From Nitrospiraceae bacterium (GTDB taxonomy: Bacteria; Nitrospirota; Thermodesulfovibrionia; UBA6902), in assembly GCA_003599425.1 (NCBI GenBank), contig QZKC01000094.1, positions 1-63,245 on the forward strand: a stretch of 63,245 nucleotides of DNA. Direction: 5' to 3'. This document shows, piece after piece, positions 19,306-28,525 of the stretch (position 1 is its first letter; each line of letters begins with the position of its first letter). The notes under the pieces were generated by a model. That model did no database searches, was not told the DNA's origin, and saw nothing but the letters and a program-made list of their open reading frames with translations. The translations under genes were made by a program, and so were the position numbers.

Positions 19306-20652
19306 ATGTTAACCGTATTTTCTCTAGGAATATTGGGGTTCTTATTTGCCGCTGGAACGTATATCTTTTGTCAGCGCCGCTGGCTTAAATTATCCGCCAT
19401 AGACCTTTTTGTTCTGTCAAGCGGAATTTCGTTCGGAGCTTATAGCTTAGTGGAGGCCTTTGTTCAAAAACATTTTATCATTAATATGGAATTAGAGCCG
19501 ATAGTTATGATAATGGTACTTTTCCATGCCATGCTGTCAACAGCATTGATATGGACAGGGCTCCGAGCAATGAGCCAGGAAAACCTGCATATTCTCAACT
19601 TGCGTCACATGGTAAAACCCTGGTGGCAGGTAGGGGAAGCCCAGCAGGCCTTGCTGCTCGTTTTAAGTATCGTTCCGATAGCATATGGACTCCTTAAATT
19701 TGGAATTATTGGGTATCTTCGATTTGGACTGATCCGATATGATGAGATTGCGGTTTATGCACCATATTGGTATACCTCTATATTGCCATTTGTCCCGGTC
19801 CTTGTTTATGCGACAGCACTGAGTGCAGTTGCTAAACTGGCATACAGAAATGGCAATGCTGTAACATGGGGCATACTTATATTATCTTTTATTGTATGTA
19901 CGCTTTATGGTAGGCGTTCCATTTTTTATTTGATTCTTTTGTCCGGCATTGTCTGGTATTTCCCCCGTGGCAATTTGTTTACATTGAAGAAGGCAAAATT
20001 TTTTATATTGCTACTTTGTGTCATTGTTGTTTTTAGCAATATCTATCAAACATATCGGCAGGACATTTTATCCGCCTCTGTTAATCTTGTAAGGTCATGG
20101 GATGACGTATCATCAACCATGTTCAATTTGCAGGAAAGAATAGGTCCATGGTTCTTAAACTACCTTATTTTAGATTCTGAAACAATGCCGCTCTTCGGAA
20201 ACTTCATATTAAATGCCGTAAAGAATGCCATTCCTCGTGTATTCTGGCCCGGCAAGGTCGTCTATGATGAAGACCTCATACTCGCAGATCATTACAATCT
20301 CCCGCCTATTGATTATCCTAACAATCCTTTTTCTACTGTAATGGCAGACTTTGGAATTCTCTCTCTATGTGTTATACCTCTTTTATATTTGCTTGTTTTT
20401 GCATCTGCAGCATATTTTTTAATGAAATTCAGAAAATTCCCAACATTGTATCTTATCCTTTCAGTAATGCTCCTGCAATTCATTGTCAATATAGAGGAAT
20501 CTTTTTATGCTGCGATATTCGGACTTTACAGATATGGAACAGTTATCGTTATTTTATATTTCAGCAGTTTATTTACTCTGAAGTTTTTTAAAATGGGAGT
20601 TAAAACAGCACTTAAAAATAATAGCCTTGAGCAAAAATTGAGGAAAATCTGA
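19306..20652 (+). CDS. Putative Wzy polymerase
   Basis: About 10-12 TM segments, GRRS motif, large periplasmic loop before the C-terminal helices; position in a wzx locus. Confidence 0.6.
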   Translation: MLTVFSLGILGFLFAAGTYIFCQRRWLKLSAIDLFVLSSGISFGAYSLVEAFVQKHFIINMELEPIVMIMVLFHAMLSTALIWTGLRAMSQENLHILNLRHMVKPWWQVGEAQQALLLVLSIVPIAYGLLKFGIIGYLRFGLIRYDEIAVYAPYWYTSILPFVPVLVYATALSAVAKLAYRNGNAVTWGILILSFIVCTLYGRRSIFYLILLSGIVWYFPRGNLFTLKKAKFFILLLCVIVVFSNIYQTYRQDILSASVNLVRSWDDVSSTMFNLQERIGPWFLNYLILDSETMPLFGNFILNAVKNAIPRVFWPGKVVYDEDLILADHYNLPPIDYPNNPFSTVMADFGILSLCVIPLLYLLVFASAAYFLMKFRKFPTLYLILSVMLLQFIVNIEESFYAAIFGLYRYGTVIVILYFSSLFTLKFFKMGVKTALKNNSLEQKLRKI

Positions 20653-21849
20653 ATGAAACTCCTTTGCATAAGTCCTGGATATTGGCCCGCTTTTCAGTAT
20701 GGCGGCCCCATAGTTTCTGTGCACAATCTTAACAAGACGTTAATCAAAGCAGGGATTGACGTGACTGTTTATGCAACTAATGCAGGGCTGAATGGTACTG
20801 TTCAGGTGAATCGGGAAGTCACAGTTGATGGGCTTAAGGTGATTTACTTTGACTTCCTGAAATATTTTGAATTTGTCGGCAGTACAGGGTGGCAGCTATC
20901 TCTATCTCTGAACAATGCACTAAAAAAAAACCTTAAATCATTTGATCTGGTCCATATCCACGCAGTCTGGAACTATCCCTCAGGCGCTGCGGCACATTAC
21001 TGCCGGAAATATGATAAACCATACATGATCACTCCAAGAGGAATGTTATATCCATATACTCTCGGCAAGATGGGATGGAAAAAGCTCCCGTATTTCAAGC
21101 TGATTACAAAAAGAGATCTGCGGTCTGCCTCAGCGATACACTATACGACCGAAGACGAACTGGAGAAATGCCACTCATACCTTGGCCTGCGCAATAAAGC
21201 TGTTGTTGTTCCCAATGGAATTGATATATCTGAATTCACCAGTCTTCCTTCTCCTGACATTCTTAAGGCCCGTTACCCGGCACTGAGCAACAAGAAAGTC
21301 ATCCTCTTTCTGGGCAGGATCAGCTGGAAAAAAGGGCTGGACGTCTTAGTGAAAGCATTTGCCAGCGTTAAAAAAAGGAGAGATGATGTCCACCTGCTCA
21401 TAGCAGGCAATGACGAGGGGGGATATGTGAAAAAAGTAAGAAAATGGCTTAAAGATGAGGGCATATCAAAAGACGCGACGTTCACCGGCCTGCTTGAAGG
21501 CAGCGCAAAATTAGAAGCCTTTGCTGGCAGCGACCTGTTCGTGCTGCCATCTTATTCTGAGAACTTTGGGATGGCAGTGATTGAAGCTATGGCATGCGGG
21601 CTCCCCGTAATAATCAGCGACCAGGTGGGCATATACAGGGAGGTCATAAACGCAGAAGCAGGAGTGGTAATATCTCCTGATGCAACTGAGCTTGCCAAAG
21701 CATTAGCGAACATGCTTGATGATCCTGATAATAATATAAAATTTAAAGAAAACAGCAGGAAGCTGGTCTCAGAACGTTTCACCTGGGACAAAATTTCAGG
21801 ACAAATGATGCAGATATATGAAAGTATGATCAGGAGCAAGGCATCGTGA
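20653..21849 (+). CDS. Glycosyltransferase family 4
   Basis: LFLGRISWKKGLD, SYSENFGMAVIEAMACGLPVI. Confidence 0.92.
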   Translation: MKLLCISPGYWPAFQYGGPIVSVHNLNKTLIKAGIDVTVYATNAGLNGTVQVNREVTVDGLKVIYFDFLKYFEFVGSTGWQLSLSLNNALKKNLKSFDLVHIHAVWNYPSGAAAHYCRKYDKPYMITPRGMLYPYTLGKMGWKKLPYFKLITKRDLRSASAIHYTTEDELEKCHSYLGLRNKAVVVPNGIDISEFTSLPSPDILKARYPALSNKKVILFLGRISWKKGLDVLVKAFASVKKRRDDVHLLIAGNDEGGYVKKVRKWLKDEGISKDATFTGLLEGSAKLEAFAGSDLFVLPSYSENFGMAVIEAMACGLPVIISDQVGIYREVINAEAGVVISPDATELAKALANMLDDPDNNIKFKENSRKLVSERFTWDKISGQMMQIYESMIRSKAS

Positions 21850-22973
21850 GGCTGCTGAATAACTTAACCCGTATAAGCAATTTTTTTGTAAAGCGTCGTA
21901 ATGAACTATTTACACGGCAGTTCTGGTCGACTGTAGCAAGAGTAGCACGGGAAAGATTTGATTTCTTTAACAGGGTATCTCAGGAAGAGTTTATGAATAA
22001 CCTCAGGCAAATTGAGCGCCGCCCGTGGAATCTGCATATTGAACTTACCAATATCTGCAATGCAAAGTGTATATTTTGCGCGTATCCATTCCAGTCACGT
22101 AAAAAAATGGTGATGAACAGCAGTGTTTTTAGCAAGGCACTGGATAATTACTGTTCTATGGGAGGGGGGGAACTCATGCTTCAGTCCTGTGTTGGTGATC
22201 CCCTGCTTGTCCCTGATCTGATACAGTTCATAAAGACATCCCGGTCGCGTCCTGAAATAACTAAAATAGCTATCATCACCAACGGAATAAATATGGATAA
22301 AACAGGAATTGAAAAACTGCTCCATTCAGGCATTACCGATATCAGTATCAGTACCGGGCCATGGGATGAAGACTTATATAAATTAATTTATCAGACCAAT
22401 GAATATCAGAGGGTAGTTCAAAATGTTACGAAACTTCTGAAGATGAATTCCGAAGCTGGCAAGCCAGTCCGCATCAAGATATGTTTCAGATCAAATCTTA
22501 CCATGAAAAAGACACTAGAACTTCCTGATTACCAGAACGTCCGCGCATTTCCTCATGAAGTCGAGTTCAATGTTGATTTTGACACCTGGCTTGGTGAGAT
22601 CCGGCAGGAGAATTTAATGGACGGAATGAGCATAAGACCATTAAGCAGACTTGAAAAAGAACCCTGCTATTGGCTGTATGACGGCCCGATCGTGTTTGTC
22701 GATGGGAAGGTGGGGCTTTGCGGGTGCAGAGATTTCAATGCCCAAAGTGAACTTGTCATAGGTAATATCATCGAATCAAATCTTCTTGATCTGTGGCAAT
22801 CTGAAAAAACACGAAATTTAAGACAAAGGTTTACTGACGGTAATTTCCCCGATATCTGTAAAAAATGCACTACATATGCCAATCTTGATTTATACCGCTC
22901 AAAGCGTGGAGTATCGAGGGCAGAACTTGTAAAAGAGTGGTCTGAATCCAGAGCAAATTCGGGACAGCTATGA
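21846..22973 (+). CDS. Radical SAM protein with SPASM/twitch domain
   Basis: CNAKCIFC (CxxxCxxC); C-terminal PC...DGKVGLCGC...IGNI....L.DLW...CKKC. Confidence 0.88.
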   Translation: MRLLNNLTRISNFFVKRRNELFTRQFWSTVARVARERFDFFNRVSQEEFMNNLRQIERRPWNLHIELTNICNAKCIFCAYPFQSRKKMVMNSSVFSKALDNYCSMGGGELMLQSCVGDPLLVPDLIQFIKTSRSRPEITKIAIITNGINMDKTGIEKLLHSGITDISISTGPWDEDLYKLIYQTNEYQRVVQNVTKLLKMNSEAGKPVRIKICFRSNLTMKKTLELPDYQNVRAFPHEVEFNVDFDTWLGEIRQENLMDGMSIRPLSRLEKEPCYWLYDGPIVFVDGKVGLCGCRDFNAQSELVIGNIIESNLLDLWQSEKTRNLRQRFTDGNFPDICKKCTTYANLDLYRSKRGVSRAELVKEWSESRANSGQL

Positions 22974-23656
22974 AACCAAAAGACTTTTACGATAAATACT
23001 GGGAAGCAAAAAAAGCCGTTCCTGACGAAGACACAACCACAAGCCAGAGAAAGAGGCTTCTTGAAAAGTGTCTTAAAACAGCCATTAGTTCACTTGATCG
23101 CGAAACGCCAAAGCGAAAGGTAAAGGTCCTTGATGCCGGTTGCGGGAATGGAGAGTTCGCCGGATTCATCAGGGATATGGGATGCGAAGTTGCGGGAATG
23201 GATATTTCACGGAATGCGGTCGAGAAGGCAAAAGCCCATCATCCGGACATATTGTTTAAGACCTGTTCCGTTGAAGATAGTTTGCCGTTTAATGATGAAG
23301 AGTTTGATGTCATCTGGAGCACTGAGGTCCTTGAACATATCTTTGATGTTCATTCATGTCTCAGTGATTTTAACAGACTCCTTAAAATGGGAGGAGAACT
23401 AATTCTTACCGTCCCATATCACGGCATTATAAAAAATACCGCCATATCTCTCTTTGGGTTTGAACGCCATTTTAATCCATATATCTCTCATATACGTTTT
23501 TTCACCAAACCCTCCCTTGCCTCGTGCCTTGAAAGAGGAGGATTTAATGCAACAATGTGGGAAGGGGTTGGCAGAATGTGGCCGCTTTATAAATCAATCT
23601 TTGTGAGAGCTCAAAAAAATAAATTACCAGAGAAACAAGTCGATATAATTGGATAA
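22970..23656 (+). CDS. Class I SAM-dependent methyltransferase
   Basis: VLDAGCGNG, FDVIWSTEVLEHI. Confidence 0.88.
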   Translation: MKPKDFYDKYWEAKKAVPDEDTTTSQRKRLLEKCLKTAISSLDRETPKRKVKVLDAGCGNGEFAGFIRDMGCEVAGMDISRNAVEKAKAHHPDILFKTCSVEDSLPFNDEEFDVIWSTEVLEHIFDVHSCLSDFNRLLKMGGELILTVPYHGIIKNTAISLFGFERHFNPYISHIRFFTKPSLASCLERGGFNATMWEGVGRMWPLYKSIFVRAQKNKLPEKQVDIIG

Positions 23657-23661
23657 CTCCC

Positions 23662-25554
23662 ATGGCCGGAACTAATAGCAATCTTATTTCAGTCATCATC
23701 CTCACCTACAATGAAGAGCAGAATCTCCAGAATTGCCTTGAGAGCGTGAAAGACCTCTCTGACAGTATCTTTGTTGTTGACTCCTTCTCTACTGACAGAA
23801 CCCTGGAAATAGCAAAGCATTACACAGACAAGCTCTATCAGCACCCATTTGAGAACCAGGCGTTACAGTTCAACTGGGCCCTCGATAATCTGCCGCTGAG
23901 GACAGCCTGGATACTAAGGCTTGATGCTGATGAAAGACTGACCCCTGAACTGTCACACGAGCTCAGGGAAAAGCTTCCTGCTATTCCTGAAGACATAACC
24001 GGACTTTATGTAAAAAGAAAGGTCTATTTCATGGGGCGATGGATCAAGCATGGAGGATACTATCCGACCTGGCTCCTGAGAGTATTCAGAAACGGCTCTG
24101 CCATATGCGAGCAGAAAAATATGGACGAGCATATAGTGATACTAAAGGGGAGACCACAAAACCTCTCGCATGACATCATCGATGATAATCATAAGGGCCT
24201 CTCTTTCTGGATCGACAAGCATAATCATTTTGCTACAAGAGAGATGCAGGAAATAATCAGCTCACGCAGGGAGGTCAATAAACAGATCCTAAAACCTCAC
24301 CTGCTTGGCGACACGGTACAGAGGAAAAGATGGTTCAAAACAAATCTCTACCTGAGGCTTCCTTTGCTGATCAGAGCCTACGTCTACTTCATCTACCGCT
24401 ATTTCATTAAATTCGGTTTTCTCGATGGCAAAGAAGGACTGATTTTCCATTTCCTCCAAGGATTCTGGTACCGTTTTTTAGTGGATGCAAAGATATATGA
24501 GATGAGTAAAAGCAGAAGAAATCTGATTTTATCTTCTGAATCGCATGAAACTCCTAAAATGAAACCTGTTGTTATCCTCGAAAAATTAGAGCTGAGATCT
24601 GAGCTTATGTCAGACCAATTTGCCCGTGCTTTCAAACAAATGTCAATTATTGATGACTTCAGCAAAGCACATGCTGTCTTTATAAAACCTAATCTTGGTT
24701 ATCCTTTTTATAAGAAAGGGGTCACTACAAGAAAAGAATTCATTGAGGGACTTGTAGCTGCGTTGAGGGAAGTCAACAGTACAACAACTGTTTATATCGG
24801 TGAAGGTGAAGGAGGTTACAACAGTTTTTCAATGAATGAGGCCTTCATGAATATGGGGTTTTATGACCTTGAAAAGAAATATCCAAACGTCAAGATCATC
24901 AATATCTCTACTCTGCCGCAACATGATGTTGAGATACAAACGCCAAAGGAAACTGTAACCATAAGTCTGCCTGATATATTTTTCAAGGAAATTGATTTTG
25001 CAATCACTTGCCCTGTACCGAAGGTGCATTGCATGACAGGAGTCTCCCTTTCGTACAAAAACCAGTGGGGGTGCCTTCCTGACACTATGCGACTGAAGGA
25101 TCATTATATTCTTCAACATATCGTTTCGAAAATATCAAATCTCCTGAATTTCAAATATTCTTTTCTGGATGGCAGATACGGATTAAATAAAAATGGACCT
25201 CTGATGGGTGATGCTGTTGAGACTAACTGGTTCGCTGCTTCAAATTCTTTGGGTGCATTCGATATTGTGGTTTCAGATATGATGGGTTTTGACTGGAAGA
25301 AGATCGATCACCTGAGAATTGCAAACACCTATGGATTCATACCCGAAAAAGAAGATATATATATTAATGGAGATATTGAAAAACTAAAAAAGAAGTTTAT
25401 ACTGAAGAGAGATTTCTGGAATTATCCTGCATTAGTTGCGTTCAATTCAAAACATCTGACCAGTCTCGTCTACCTTTCAAAATGGGCAAAACCTATTCAT
25501 GATGTGATGTACATGTTCAGAAAAAAGCCTATAGAAGATTATTCTCAAAATTGA
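23662..25554 (+). CDS. Fusion of GT2 glycosyltransferase (aa 1-~290) and DUF362 domain (aa ~300-630)
   Basis: ILTYNEE, VDSFSTD, LRLDADE in the N-half; IKPNL and PVPKVH.MTGVSLSYKN in the C-half; single open frame. Confidence 0.8.
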   Translation: MAGTNSNLISVIILTYNEEQNLQNCLESVKDLSDSIFVVDSFSTDRTLEIAKHYTDKLYQHPFENQALQFNWALDNLPLRTAWILRLDADERLTPELSHELREKLPAIPEDITGLYVKRKVYFMGRWIKHGGYYPTWLLRVFRNGSAICEQKNMDEHIVILKGRPQNLSHDIIDDNHKGLSFWIDKHNHFATREMQEIISSRREVNKQILKPHLLGDTVQRKRWFKTNLYLRLPLLIRAYVYFIYRYFIKFGFLDGKEGLIFHFLQGFWYRFLVDAKIYEMSKSRRNLILSSESHETPKMKPVVILEKLELRSELMSDQFARAFKQMSIIDDFSKAHAVFIKPNLGYPFYKKGVTTRKEFIEGLVAALREVNSTTTVYIGEGEGGYNSFSMNEAFMNMGFYDLEKKYPNVKIINISTLPQHDVEIQTPKETVTISLPDIFFKEIDFAITCPVPKVHCMTGVSLSYKNQWGCLPDTMRLKDHYILQHIVSKISNLLNFKYSFLDGRYGLNKNGPLMGDAVETNWFAASNSLGAFDIVVSDMMGFDWKKIDHLRIANTYGFIPEKEDIYINGDIEKLKKKFILKRDFWNYPALVAFNSKHLTSLVYLSKWAKPIHDVMYMFRKKPIEDYSQN

Positions 25555-25566
25555 ATTATATAACTT

Positions 25567-26694
25567 ATGCGAGTAGCTATTATTAACATAACATCAGGGG
25601 GGATGAGCAATGGTTACAGAAGATTATTGCGAAATATAATCCCAGGAATTTCTCAACACTCCTCAGTATCTGAATTATTCGTTAGCATACCTGATAGTTT
25701 TGATATATCATATTTAAAACACTCGAACACAATACGATGGTCAGTATCGAAAAATGGGTTACTGTCAAGAACCCCTTCGGATCAACGTATTGAAAAATCT
25801 CTGGAATTGTTTTCCCCGGATGTGATTTTTGCTCCGAATGCAAGAATTATCAGAAATAATGGGGCACCTGTAGTGACAATGATCCAGAATATGGAACCCA
25901 TTGCATATGATGGGATAAACCCTTTTTTTGAAAAAGCTGTAAACTGGGCACGTTACAGAGAAGTCAGTAAAAGCATTCATAGATCAAAAAGGATTATCGC
26001 CATTTCAGGTTTTGTTAAAGAACACCTGATTAATGGATTCAATGTCCCCCTTGAAAAGATCGGGCTGATTTATCTTGGAACAGAATCATTGAACAGCGGA
26101 AATTATATGAAGCCCGTAACTGTATCGGACACATGGGCCGGGAAATTTCTCTTTACTGCTGGGTCAATCAGACCCGCCAGAGGACTGGAAGATTTGTTAA
26201 ATGTATTACAGCATTTGAACGCATCAGAAATTTCTGGCCTGGCCATTGCAGGCGAACCGTCTCCAAGGATGCAATCTTATTATCAAGACTTAAAATCATG
26301 GGTACAAAGACACGGACTTTCAGATAAAGTATGCTGGACGGGTCATTTGAATGACCAGGAGATGGGATGGTGCTATCAGAACTGTTATGCTTTTGTCATG
26401 ACCAGTAGGGTGGAATCTTTTGGAATGGTTGGAGTAGAGGCGCTATCTCATGGCTGCGTTTGTATTGCTGCAAATAACCCTTGCTTACCTGAAATTTTTG
26501 GTGAATCTGCATTCTATTATTCCATGAAGGATAAGGGATCTTTAATAAAAGCAATTCGCTCCGCAGCCGATCTTACTTCTGTTCAACGCATTGAAATTAG
26601 CGGACATGCAAAAAAACGGGCATTGAATTTTTCATGGGACGCGTGTGTTGAGAAGATCATAGGAGAGCTGAAGAAAGCGGTAGAGAACAAATGA
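25567..26694 (+). CDS. Glycosyltransferase family 4
   Basis: SRVESFGMVGVEALSHG, FSWD. Confidence 0.85.
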   Translation: MRVAIINITSGGMSNGYRRLLRNIIPGISQHSSVSELFVSIPDSFDISYLKHSNTIRWSVSKNGLLSRTPSDQRIEKSLELFSPDVIFAPNARIIRNNGAPVVTMIQNMEPIAYDGINPFFEKAVNWARYREVSKSIHRSKRIIAISGFVKEHLINGFNVPLEKIGLIYLGTESLNSGNYMKPVTVSDTWAGKFLFTAGSIRPARGLEDLLNVLQHLNASEISGLAIAGEPSPRMQSYYQDLKSWVQRHGLSDKVCWTGHLNDQEMGWCYQNCYAFVMTSRVESFGMVGVEALSHGCVCIAANNPCLPEIFGESAFYYSMKDKGSLIKAIRSAADLTSVQRIEISGHAKKRALNFSWDACVEKIIGELKKAVENK

Positions 26695-28478
26695 TCATTC
26701 TCGGTCTTAACGCATATCACGGTGACTCTTCTGCATGCATTGTAGTAGACGGCAAGCTGATCGCTGCAGTCGAAGAAGAGAGGTTCACAAGGATAAAGCA
26801 CTGGGCAGGATTGCCGGTGCAGGCAATAAATTATTGCCTGCAGGAAGCAGGGGTCACCTTAGGTGATGTAGACCATATAGCGATCAACCGTGACCCCAAA
26901 GCGAACTTCATGAAAAAGGCACTGTTTGCTTTCTACAAACGCCCCTCATTGAGACTCGTAACAGACCGCCTCAAAAATGCAGGGAAGGTAAAGGATATAA
27001 AAGAGGAGTTAATAGTCAGTATACAGGGGTCAAGGGTCAGGGGTCCGGAGTCAAAAGCGCAAGTACACAATGTAGAGCATCATATTGCACATCTGGCGAG
27101 TTCTTTTTTTGTGTCGCCATTTGAGGAGGCAGTGGTTGTATCTGTAGATGGTTTTGGAGATTTTGTTGGAGCGATGTGGGGTGTCGCAAAAGGGAATAAA
27201 ATAGAAGTTAAACACCGCACTTTTTTCCCGCACTCTCTGGGACTGTTTTACCTCGCATTTACGCAATACCTTGGATTCTGTAAATATGGCGATGAATATA
27301 AAGTTATGGGTCTTGCTGCCTACGGTGAGCCGGAATACATGAAGGAGATGAGGCAGATCGTTAAGATAACTGATGACAATTTTAACCTCAATCTTGACTA
27401 CTTTATCCACCACTCTGAAGGGGTTACTATGACGTGGGAGAATGGAGAGCCAAAGATGGGGCCGGTCTTTTCAAAGAAGCTTGAGGAATTTTTAGGCCCT
27501 GCAAGAAAAAATGGGAAAGAGATAGAAAAAAGACATAAGAATCTCGCTGCTTCTCTCCAGAGAAGATATGAAGAGGTTCTGTTTAATATCTTAAACCGCG
27601 TATACAAAAAAACTGATTGCCCCAACTTAGTCCTGTCCGGTGGATGCGCTATGAACAGTGTTGCGAACGGGAAGATATTTCAGAATACACCATTTCGTAA
27701 AGTATATATTCAGCCTGCTGCAGGAGATGCTGGAGGGTCAATAGGAGCGGCATATTATGTCTGGAATCAGGTATTAAATAAACCCCGGTCATTTGTTCTG
27801 GAAAAGCCGTACCTTGGATCAGATTTCAGCGATGATGAAGTCAGCAATCATCTGTCAGCTATCAACTGTCAGTTAAAAGAAAATAATTGTTCTGTTCAGC
27901 ACAGCAGAGATGTAGTAACGTTATGCAGAACAACTGCTCAACATATTGCAGAAGGCAAGGTGATTGGCTGGTTCCAGGGAAGAATGGAGTGGGGGCCGCG
28001 GGCGCTTGGGAACAGGAGCATTATAGGCGATCCTCGCAGGTCTGACATGAAAAATATACTGAACCTTAAGATCAAACGAAGGGAATCATTCCGCCCTTTT
28101 GCTCCTTCAATTCATCTTGACGCTGTAGGTGAATATTTTGAGACGAGTTATCCTGATCCCTTTATGCTCAAGGTTTACAAGATCAAACCTGAAAAGCGTG
28201 AGATCATCCCGGCTGTGACACATGTGGACGGTACAGGGAGATTGCAGACAGTCAGAAAAGAAGACAACCCTATCTACTGGCAACTTATAGAGGAGTTCAG
28301 AAAGATAACAGGGATACCTGTTTTACTGAATACATCTTTCAATGAGAATGAACCCATCGTATGTAAGCCCGAAGAGGCGCTTGATTGTTTCCTGAGGACA
28401 AAGATGGATGTGCTGGTGATGGGAAGTTATTTTGTTGAAAGGGCAGATAATAGGTTAGAAATAATTGTAAATAGGTAA
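26691..28478 (+). CDS. Carbamoyltransferase, NodU/CmcH family
   Basis: EEERFTRIKH, VEHHIAH, YKVMGLAAYG, GGCAMN, GRMEWGPRALGNRSI, LNTSFNENEPIV. Confidence 0.95.
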   Translation: MIILGLNAYHGDSSACIVVDGKLIAAVEEERFTRIKHWAGLPVQAINYCLQEAGVTLGDVDHIAINRDPKANFMKKALFAFYKRPSLRLVTDRLKNAGKVKDIKEELIVSIQGSRVRGPESKAQVHNVEHHIAHLASSFFVSPFEEAVVVSVDGFGDFVGAMWGVAKGNKIEVKHRTFFPHSLGLFYLAFTQYLGFCKYGDEYKVMGLAAYGEPEYMKEMRQIVKITDDNFNLNLDYFIHHSEGVTMTWENGEPKMGPVFSKKLEEFLGPARKNGKEIEKRHKNLAASLQRRYEEVLFNILNRVYKKTDCPNLVLSGGCAMNSVANGKIFQNTPFRKVYIQPAAGDAGGSIGAAYYVWNQVLNKPRSFVLEKPYLGSDFSDDEVSNHLSAINCQLKENNCSVQHSRDVVTLCRTTAQHIAEGKVIGWFQGRMEWGPRALGNRSIIGDPRRSDMKNILNLKIKRRESFRPFAPSIHLDAVGEYFETSYPDPFMLKVYKIKPEKREIIPAVTHVDGTGRLQTVRKEDNPIYWQLIEEFRKITGIPVLLNTSFNENEPIVCKPEEALDCFLRTKMDVLVMGSYFVERADNRLEIIVNR

Positions 28479-28525
28479 TAGGTGAAAAGCAAGTGATGTC
28501 AAGTTATATGATGCTTTATTCCTTT

